DNA of 64,000 bases from Verrucomicrobiota bacterium (lineage in GTDB: Bacteria; Verrucomicrobiota; Verrucomicrobiia; Limisphaerales; CANJXF01), in assembly GCA_038214755.1 (NCBI GenBank), contig JBBQRQ010000013.1:9155-73154 (forward strand), in the 5' to 3' direction. Numbering within the stretch: position 1 is the stretch's first letter; each line of letters begins with the position of its first letter. A program made the position numbers and the translations under genes. Below the pieces are notes generated by a model, which did no database searches, was not told where the DNA came from, and worked only from the letters and a program-made list of their open reading frames with translations. This document shows, piece by piece, positions 57,438-64,000 of this stretch.

Positions 57438-60380
57438 TTAGGCGCCCGCAACCAATTGCCGCAACACGAATGGTAAAATTCCGCCGTGCTGATAATAATC
57501 TATTTCAATTGGCGTATCGATTCGGCAGGTCACGGGAACTTCTTCGGATTTTCCTTCGACACGTGTGATGCGCAGGACCAAATCTTGTTGCGGTTTGATT
57601 TGCGCATTCAACCCGACCACATCGAAAGTTTCCGTCCCATTTAATTGCAGCGAGTGCGCGGAAACCTCTCCGTGAAATTGCAACGGCAACACGCCCATGC
57701 CCACGAGATTGGACCGATGAATTCGCTCGAAACTTTGCGCAACCACGACGCGCACGCCGAGAAGTTTTGTTCCCTTGGCCGCCCAATCTCGCGAACTGCC
57801 CGTGCCATATTCATGTCCGGCCAGAACAATCAGCGGCGTTTTCCCTTCCGCATATTTCATCGCCGCGTCGAAGATGCTCATCTGCTCTCCCGTGGGTTGA
57901 AAGATCGTCACGCCGCCTTCCACTCCGGGCACCATTAAATTTTTTATTCGCACATTGGCGAACGTGCCGCGCGTCATCACCCGATCATTCCCGCGACGCG
58001 ATCCGTAACTGTTGAAATCAATAAAATTGACTCCTTCGTCGATCAAATATTTTCCAGCCGGAGAATTTTTCCGGATGCTGCCCGCGGGCGAAATGTGGTC
58101 GGTCGTCACGCTGTCGCCAAAAATTCCCAGCGGACGCGCGCCGCAAATTTCAGTAATCTCAGTGGGCCGTAAACTAAAGTGGGTGAAGAACGGCGGCTCC
58201 TGAATGTAAGTGCTCTTGCCATCCCATTCATAAACCTCCCCAATGCTGGACGGAATCTCGTTCCATTTTGGATTTTGTTCAGTGAAGTCCGCGTAAAGTT
58301 TTCGAAAAATCTCCGGCTGCAACACCGTTTCCATTTGTTCGCGCACCTCGCGCGCCGTCGGCCAAATGTCTTTGAGAAAAACATTCTGGCCATCTGTCCC
58401 TTGTCCGATCGGCTCCTCCGCCAAATTAATATCGATTCGCCCGGCGAGCGCGAACGCGACGACCAACGGCGGCGACATCAGAAAATTGGCTTTGATGCTT
58501 TGATGCACGCGCGCTTCAAAATTGCGATTGCCGGAAAGCACCGATGCTGCGACCAAGTCATTTTCCGTGACGGTATTTTCAATTTGCGGCGAGAGCGGGC
58601 CGGAATTTCCGATGCAGGTCGTGCAGCCATAACCGACCAGGTTGAAACCGAGTTCATCCAAAAATTTTTGCAAACCGGCTCTCTCCAAATAATCACTGAC
58701 GACGCGCGAGCCAGGCGCGAGCGAAGCCTTCACGAAGGAATTTGGCTTCAATCCTTTTTCGACAGCTTTCTTCGCCAGCAAACCCGCGGCGAGCATCACG
58801 CTGGGATTACTGGTGTTAGTGCAACTGGTGATCGCCGCGATGAGCACGCTGCCGTGATGGATTTCGCCTTCGCAAATCATTTGCGGCGCGGGCACCGGAT
58901 CAGCCGTCGGACGGTTGTTGGCCATTTCCAACTCCGTGGTCGGATTGGTATTTCGCTCGGCAGATTGCCGGAGCGAAACCGGCTCCTGACTCCCGCCGCC
59001 GCTCGGAGCGACAACGCGATGACATTCAATTGGAAAAGTTTTCGCCAAATCTTCTGCCGGTTTGTTGAATCCATTTTCGGAAACCGGTTTGGAAAACGCT
59101 TTGACGAATTCCTCTTTTAACTTTGGTAATTCGATTCTGTCTTGCGGCCGTTTCGGTCCGGCAACGCTCGGAACAATCGTCCCCAAATCCAGTTCGAGGC
59201 TGACGGAGTATTCGATGTCGCCTTTGTCCGGCATGCCGAAAAGTTTTTGGGCGCGATAATAATTTTCGTAGAGATGGCAGTGCTTTTCGCTCCGGCCAGT
59301 GGCGCGCAAATAATTTACCGTCTCAGAATCAATTGGAAAAAATCCCATCGTCGCGCCGTATTCGGGAGCCATGTTGGCAATCGTCGCGCGATCCACCACG
59401 CCCAGGGCCGCCGCGCCCGGGCCAAAAAATTCCACAAACTTTCCGACAACTTTTGCTTTGCGCAACACTTGCGTGATCGTCAGCGCGAGATCGGTCGCGG
59501 TCACGCCATCGTTCAACGCGCCCGTGAGATGCACACCGACCACATCCGGCATGAGAAAATAAACGGGTTGGCCGAGCATTCCGGCTTCAGCTTCGATTCC
59601 GCCGACGCCCCAACCGACAATGCCGAGGCCGTTGATCATCGTGGTGTGGGAATCGGTGCCGACGAGCGTGTCGGGATAATAAACCGGAGCGCCGATCTCC
59701 TGATCGGCTCGGGTCGAGTCGTCGTGGTCCAGCCGATCAGGAGATCGGCGTTCCGAGTTGTTCCCTTCGTGCCGATCAGGAGATCGGCGTTCCGATAGAA
59801 CGCCTTTCGCCAGATATTCCAAATTGACCTGGTGCACGATGCCGATGCCGGGCGGAACAACTTTGAAAGTTTCAAATGCCTGCATGCCCCATTTTAAAAG
59901 TTGGTAGCGTTCGCGGTTGCGATGAAATTCCACTTCAAGATTTTTCTCCATCGCGTCCGCTGTCCCGGAAAAATCCACTTGCACGGAATGGTCCACCACC
60001 AAATCCACCGGCACGAGGGGCTCGATCATTTTGGGATTTTTTTTCATGAGCGCGACGGCGGAACGCATGGCGGCCAAATCCACCAGCAGCGGAACTCCGG
60101 TGAAATCCTGCAAAACAATTCGCGCCACGACGAAAGGGATTTCCTCGGTGCGCCGGCCCATCGCACTCCAATTGGCCAGCGCCTTGACATTTTCTTCGGT
60201 GACTTTTTTTCCGTCGCAATTGCGCAAAACGGATTCAAGCACCAAGCGAATGGAAACGGGTAATTTTGAAATCGGGCCGACACCGGCGGCCTCCAGCGCG
60301 GGCAGAGAATAGAACGAACCTTGCTGACCGTTTCCGAGATCAAACTTTTGCAGTGAGTTAAAGAGATTGTGCATGTTCAT
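57438..60380 (-). CDS. acnA: Aconitate hydratase A with in-frame REP triplet
   Basis: [91 protein letters not shown]. Confidence 0.98.
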   Translation of the reverse strand: MNMHNLFNSLQKFDLGNGQQGSFYSLPALEAAGVGPISKLPVSIRLVLESVLRNCDGKKVTEENVKALANWSAMGRRTEEIPFVVARIVLQDFTGVPLLVDLAAMRSAVALMKKNPKMIEPLVPVDLVVDHSVQVDFSGTADAMEKNLEVEFHRNRERYQLLKWGMQAFETFKVVPPGIGIVHQVNLEYLAKGVLSERRSPDRHEGNNSERRSPDRLDHDDSTRADQEIGAPVYYPDTLVGTDSHTTMINGLGIVGWGVGGIEAEAGMLGQPVYFLMPDVVGVHLTGALNDGVTATDLALTITQVLRKAKVVGKFVEFFGPGAAALGVVDRATIANMAPEYGATMGFFPIDSETVNYLRATGRSEKHCHLYENYYRAQKLFGMPDKGDIEYSVSLELDLGTIVPSVAGPKRPQDRIELPKLKEEFVKAFSKPVSENGFNKPAEDLAKTFPIECHRVVAPSGGGSQEPVSLRQSAERNTNPTTELEMANNRPTADPVPAPQMICEGEIHHGSVLIAAITSCTNTSNPSVMLAAGLLAKKAVEKGLKPNSFVKASLAPGSRVVSDYLERAGLQKFLDELGFNLVGYGCTTCIGNSGPLSPQIENTVTENDLVAASVLSGNRNFEARVHQSIKANFLMSPPLVVAFALAGRIDINLAEEPIGQGTDGQNVFLKDIWPTAREVREQMETVLQPEIFRKLYADFTEQNPKWNEIPSSIGEVYEWDGKSTYIQEPPFFTHFSLRPTEITEICGARPLGIFGDSVTTDHISPAGSIRKNSPAGKYLIDEGVNFIDFNSYGSRRGNDRVMTRGTFANVRIKNLMVPGVEGGVTIFQPTGEQMSIFDAAMKYAEGKTPLIVLAGHEYGTGSSRDWAAKGTKLLGVRVVVAQSFERIHRSNLVGMGVLPLQFHGEVSAHSLQLNGTETFDVVGLNAQIKPQQDLVLRITRVEGKSEEVPVTCRIDTPIEIDYYQHGGILPFVLRQLVAGA
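59686..59793. mobile_element. Three REP copies (GGARCGCCGATCTCCTGATCGGC family) in frame in acnA
   Basis: GGAGCGCCGATCTCCTGATCGGC, then GCCGATCAGGAGATCGGCGTTCC x2; 108 bp; same family as 39164-39232. Confidence 0.92.
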
Positions 60381-60504
60381 AAAATATCTTCGGCGCGACT
60401 GAGAATTCCAATGGAGAAATGAAAATGAAGTTGGCGCGCAAGCGTGTCAAGCGAGCGAGAAACTGCGCAGTGTCGTGGGGCGCGTCTTGAGCCGGAACTA
60501 TTCA

Positions 60505-60656
60505 GTGAAGAGAAACGCTCGACCTCACCCCGGCCCTCTCCTCCGAGGAGAGGGAGAATATTATTCAGCGTTGGAAAATATTCACCGTTGAATGCCTGAT
60601 TGCGGACCCTGCTGGCAGGTTCCCTCTCCGCGGGGGAGAGGGTTAGGGTGAGGGCG
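60505..60656. mobile_element. CCCTCACCC..CCCTCTCC-family doublet
   Basis: CCTCACCCCGGCCCTCTCCTCCGAGGAGAGGG ... CCCTCTCCGCGGGGGAGAGGGTTAGGGTGAGGG. Confidence 0.85.
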
Positions 60657-60689
60657 AACAATCTGTCCAACTGGATCGTTCCGGTTGAG

Positions 60690-60827
60690 GGCGGGTTGCC
60701 CAAACCAGTTGGAGCGCGGACGTTCTCGTCCGCGTGAATCGTGAAGGACGAAAGGACAGAGGTTTTGTCCGTTTTGAAACACGCGGACGAAGAACGTCCG
60801 CGCTCCTTTTCATTTGGGCAACACGCG
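60690..60827 (-). mobile_element. Second copy of the MITE-like element with a RAYT-cognate REP doublet
   Basis: Reverse complement aligns along its length, spacer included, with 35146-35284; ends GTTGCCCAAA/TTTGGGCAAC. Confidence 0.88.
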
Positions 60828-60942
60828 CTACGAAATCGAGTGGCCACGGGTCTATTTAAACTGCTCCTGCCCACCGAATGAATGAGAAAACTTCTTCATC
60901 GTCTGATCTTTCAGCGGTCAAAAACAAGCCGCGCTTAAAAAT

Positions 60943-61296
60943 ATGAAAAAAATTATTCTATCCGCACTGCTCCTGGTGGGTGTTGGTGTGACAACATCGC
61001 AAGCCCAAGTTTCGTTCGGGTTTTCATTTGGCGACAGCCATCATCACAACCGGGGTCATGGTGGATTCAGCGTCGTCCTTCCCCCGCCGCCCTTTTTTCC
61101 GCCGCCTCGAATTTACGTTCAACCTGCGCCCGTCTATGGGGGTGACAGCTACGGCTCGGGTCACGGTGGTGGTTACCGCAGTGAGTATAATGCGTTTCAT
61201 CGGCACGAGGCGCTGCACCACGAAATGGAACACGAACACCAGGCGTATCATCACGATGCCGAGCATCGCCACGAAGCATACCATTCTGGTTGGTAA
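60943..61296 (+). CDS. Small secreted His/Gly/Pro-rich protein
   Basis: Signal peptide ..SQA-QV, poly-Pro stretch, C-terminal HEALHHEMEHEHQAYHHDAEHRHEAYH repeats. Confidence 0.8.
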   Translation: MKKIILSALLLVGVGVTTSQAQVSFGFSFGDSHHHNRGHGGFSVVLPPPPFFPPPRIYVQPAPVYGGDSYGSGHGGGYRSEYNAFHRHEALHHEMEHEHQAYHHDAEHRHEAYHSGW

Positions 61297-61304
61297 GAAC
61301 AGAG

Positions 61305-61340
61305 GATCTTTCCTGCGCCCACGGGGCGCGCAGGAAGATC
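61305..61340. terminator. GC-rich hairpin between convergent genes
   Basis: GATCTTTCCTGCGC ... GCGCAGGAAGATC; no strong U-tract. Confidence 0.45.
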
Positions 61341-61417
61341 TCAGATCCCCGCGAAAAATTTCTTTCACGGGAAGGGGACAACTTCAACTTTTGTCATCAG
61401 TTTCTGTAGCCGATTGA

Positions 61418-62587
61418 TCACGCCTTCTTCAATTCGATCCAAAACCTGGTGCCTTTTCCCGGCTCGGATTCCAAGCCGACGCTGCCATCCATGCGTTCCA
61501 CACCTTTGCGCACGATGGAAAGGCCAATGCCCGTACCGGGAAAACGCGAGCCGTGCAAGCGCTCGAAGACGCGGAAGATGCGCTCGTGCTGATCGGGCGG
61601 AATTCCTTCGCCGTTGTCCTGCATCCAGAGCCGCACGAAGCCGGGAGGGGGACGGGATGAAGGGATGGCTGGATGAGGGGATTGTTGGATTGGTGGATTG
61701 TTGGATGGATGGATTGGTGGATTTGATTTCCCACCATCCATCCACTCATCCAACAATCCACCAATCCCTTTTTTTTCCATCCCTCCTTCTTCCCACTCCT
61801 CCGCCCAGAAACGGATCTTCGGCTGGACGCCATCCGGCACGAATTTTATCGCGTTGCCCAACAAGTTCGCCAGGACTTGCGCGAGCGTCGCTTCGTTTGC
61901 GCGCACCGATGGCAGCGGCGAGACCGTTTGGATTTGAGTTTTGGTTTGCTCGATTTGCGTGGCGTGTTGGTAGATGGCGGTTTCCCACGCCGCCTGGACT
62001 TTCACTGACTCCAGTTTGGTGTCGGTGCGCCCGACGTGCCCAAAGGCCAGCAAGTCGATGATCATTTTATCCATGAACTCGGATGAAGCATTGATGCGGT
62101 TGAGAAAATTGCGCGCCGTTTCGTCGAGAGAAGGCGCATAGTCATCCATCAATACCTGGGAGAAACCTTGCATCGAGCGCAGCGGGGCGCGCAGATCGTG
62201 CGCGATGGAATAAACGAACGCCGCGAGTTGCTCGTTGGTTTCTTTCAAGTCGGCGGTGCGTTCCCGGACGGTCCGTTCTAAAGTCGCCGCGTGTTCTTTC
62301 AATTGTTTCTGCGCTTGCCGCAAGGATTCTTCCGCTTGTTTGCGCTCGGTAATTTCCGCTTGCAGTTGCGAGTTCAACTTCTCCGCTGCTTCCGTGAGTT
62401 CGTGCTGGTGCAACCCGGCGATCAGCAAGGCCTCGTTGATCGCGGTCGTTTGCTCCTTGCTTTCGCGCAAGGCTTCCTGCGTCTGGAGGAGTTCCCGCTC
62501 CGCGCGGTCGCGGGCGAGCTGAATGCTCCTCGCGTTCTGGAGCGCGACCGAGCGCAGCAACTTCTCTTCGTCTTGTTCTTGTTCCAT
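61418..62587 (-). CDS. Cytoplasmic histidine kinase (coiled coil-HisKA-HATPase) with in-frame repeat insertion
   Basis: H-box FVYSIAHDLRAPLR, N-box NLLGNAIKF, G1 QDNGEGI, F-box IFRVFERL, G2 GTGIGL; no TM or PAS domain visible. Confidence 0.92.
   Translation of the reverse strand: MEQEQDEEKLLRSVALQNARSIQLARDRAERELLQTQEALRESKEQTTAINEALLIAGLHQHELTEAAEKLNSQLQAEITERKQAEESLRQAQKQLKEHAATLERTVRERTADLKETNEQLAAFVYSIAHDLRAPLRSMQGFSQVLMDDYAPSLDETARNFLNRINASSEFMDKMIIDLLAFGHVGRTDTKLESVKVQAAWETAIYQHATQIEQTKTQIQTVSPLPSVRANEATLAQVLANLLGNAIKFVPDGVQPKIRFWAEEWEEGGMEKKGIGGLLDEWMDGGKSNPPIHPSNNPPIQQSPHPAIPSSRPPPGFVRLWMQDNGEGIPPDQHERIFRVFERLHGSRFPGTGIGLSIVRKGVERMDGSVGLESEPGKGTRFWIELKKA
61654..61790. repeat. In-frame octamer (GGATTGTT/GGATGGAT) inverted-repeat insertion in the kinase
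   Basis: GGATTGTTGGATTGGTGGATTGTTGGATGGATGGATTGGTGGAT ... CCATCCATCCACTCATCCAACAATCCACCAATCC. Confidence 0.85.
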
Positions 62588-63648
62588 TATCGGCCTCCGA
62601 GTTTTCCCGCCGCCAGCGCCGTGCCGAGCACACGCGCCCGGATTTTTGCAAACGCAGTGTCGCGGCTGGTGGAAGTATCATCGCTGAAAGGCGAGAATCC
62701 GCAGTCGTCCGTCGTGCCCAGTTGCTCGCGGGGAATGTATTGGGCCGCCTCAAGCACCCGGTCGCAAACCTCTTCCGGGGTGTCAATGCGCGGATCAATG
62801 GGCGAGACGACGCCGACGAAAATCCGCTGATCGGGTTTCATGTATTCGCGGATAATCTTCAGGACGCGGACGCGATCCTTCTCGCCCGCCAGAGCGATGT
62901 AAAAATTCCCCGCGTTCAACTCGAACAAGCTGGGCAACAGTTCGGCGTAATCAACCTCCCCACTGTGCGTCGAGTCGCGATCGGCGCCGGGGCAGGTATG
63001 CACGCCGATGCGCTGGCGGTCAGCGTCGGAGAATCGCGCCGGCGCGAGATTGTTCAAATCAATGAAGCTGTTGAGCAGATTCCCAGTGGGATCGAGCTTG
63101 ACCGCCAGCCGCCCTTCCGTGAAATCGATCTGAACTTTGTGCGCGCCCTTTTGCAGGCAGCGGCGAACTTCGGTTTCGTGCTCACTCAACAGATCGTCGA
63201 TGAACTGCTCGCGAGAATTCTCGGCAATCCCTTCGGCTGGATACATGAGGCTCAAGGCCGAGGGCGAGATGACCGCTTGCTTTACCGGCACGTGCGCGTA
63301 ACGCAGGGCAGAGTCCAGGAAGCGGTCGGCCGATCTCTTGTAGCGAAACGGCCCCGCCGTGAGCCGATGCATCCGGCGCGTGTGACCGGCGGAGAAAGGG
63401 ATCTTGAATCCATCCGGCGCGATGTTCGGAAGCCCATGCACGGAGTAGGTCCAGAAATTGTGAAACTTCCTCTGTTCGCCGTCGGTGATGACCGGCGAGC
63501 CGGTGGCCTCGAAGCGTTCGATGGTGTCGCGGATGGCCTCCTCATAGAGAGGTTCCAACTTTGGGTTGTCGTCTCCCAACGCCGTGACCGCCTCAATCAG
63601 TGGAAGAGGTCTTGGAATACTTCCGATTGGCTCGGTGGGAATGGTCAT
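62587..63648 (-). CDS. Cobalamin-independent methionine synthase II (MetE C-terminal-like) family protein
   Basis: TEPIGSIPRP, ITDGEQRK, VQIDFTE, GVHTCPG (HxC), GVVSP..P.I.TPEEV..R, DDCGFSPF, AFAKI. Confidence 0.88.
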   Translation of the reverse strand: MTIPTEPIGSIPRPLPLIEAVTALGDDNPKLEPLYEEAIRDTIERFEATGSPVITDGEQRKFHNFWTYSVHGLPNIAPDGFKIPFSAGHTRRMHRLTAGPFRYKRSADRFLDSALRYAHVPVKQAVISPSALSLMYPAEGIAENSREQFIDDLLSEHETEVRRCLQKGAHKVQIDFTEGRLAVKLDPTGNLLNSFIDLNNLAPARFSDADRQRIGVHTCPGADRDSTHSGEVDYAELLPSLFELNAGNFYIALAGEKDRVRVLKIIREYMKPDQRIFVGVVSPIDPRIDTPEEVCDRVLEAAQYIPREQLGTTDDCGFSPFSDDTSTSRDTAFAKIRARVLGTALAAGKLGGR

Positions 63649-63666
63649 AGGTTTAGGATTTCCGGT

Positions 63667-63814
63667 GTAGCGGCAGCCATCCTGGCTGCCGTAGAGGGCG
63701 CGCATCCTGCCGCCCGGATTCGGCTTCGGAAAGATGACGCGCGATATATCTCGTGGGCGCTTTCCGCCGGGCTGGAAGCCACGGCTCCACGTCAGGCAGG
63801 ATGCCTGACGCTAC
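63667..63814. mobile_element. GTAG-type REP doublet between the kaiC-like and metE-like genes
   Basis: GTAGCGGCAGCCATCCTGGCTGCCGTAGAG ... CTCCACGTCAGGCAGGATGCCTGACGCTAC. Confidence 0.85.
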
Positions 63815-63838
63815 AATAAATTGTGTCGCACCCATAAT

Positions 63839-64000
63839 TCACCTCACTACTTTGGCCTTCGGTTCTGGCGGCAGCTCAGGCGGCACTTGCCCGATTCGAT
63901 CCGGCAGTCCGCTGATCAATCGCGCGTAATCCGTCTGGCGCGGGCCGATGACCTCCACGCCTTTGTCGGTGATGACATATTCGCGGATGTCTTTGCTGTG
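63839..64000 (-). CDS. C-terminal fragment of a KaiC/RAD55-like ATPase (truncated by the window edge)
   Basis: Own translation of the minus strand from 64000: HSKDIREYVITDKGVEVIGPRQTDYARLISGLPDRIG...*, matching the H.K.IREY.IT..G end of KaiC domains. Confidence 0.7.
   Translation of the reverse strand, partial: HSKDIREYVITDKGVEVIGPRQTDYARLISGLPDRIGQVPPELPPEPKAKVVR

Noticed and set aside
58860..59040. Second apparent insertion in AcnA ([15 protein letters not shown]...EMANNRPT)
   Set aside because: No palindrome or tandem repeat in the DNA; it lies in a region of variable length among AcnA proteins.
60377..60874. 165-aa ORF upstream of acnA
   Set aside because: Translation of stacked palindromic elements; the same peptide (TIHADENVRAPTGLG) appears in the ORF over the 35146 element.
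62722..63819. 365-aa plus-strand ORF
   Set aside because: Antisense shadow of the MetE-like gene extending into a REP.

Overview
64 kb of bacterial chromosome, inferred to be Verrucomicrobiota (Pedosphaera-like). This rests on the stand-alone SWIB protein, the DUF1549/DUF1553 protein, RCC1/Ig exoproteins with a 'S.DL..W...FYR' C-terminus, and futalosine-pathway mqnC. Most genes are housekeeping: mdh, trpC, mog/moaC, purSQL, nrdR, mqnC, speA, panE, eno, pilT/pilU, tlyA, nadK, an rsmB-like gene and acnA, plus tRNA-Arg(UCG). Small accessory genes sit between them: a ParE-type and a HicBA toxin-antitoxin pair, a Schlafen/AlbA_2 ATPase inside the pur operon, topoisomerase IB and a clan AA protease. 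The most striking feature is a dense set of palindromic elements. A REP-associated tyrosine transposase (RAYT) is flanked by its cognate REP doublets, and roughly ten other REP/MITE/short-tandem-repeat families occur, several nested inside one another. Many are inserted in frame inside conserved enzymes (four in purL; also mqnC, acnA, a histidine kinase, a methyltransferase, and the ends of rsmB and moaC). Other candidates for undescribed biology: a KaiC-like ATPase / MetE-like Zn enzyme / sensorless histidine kinase cluster; a hicA toxin gene that needs a -1 frameshift at a correctly phased slippery heptamer; a shared C-terminal domain and Thr-Asn enrichment in exported proteins; a shared long palindrome near mdh and speA; and NrdR-box-like sites upstream of nrdR. 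All assignments come from reading motifs by eye; no database searches were run.
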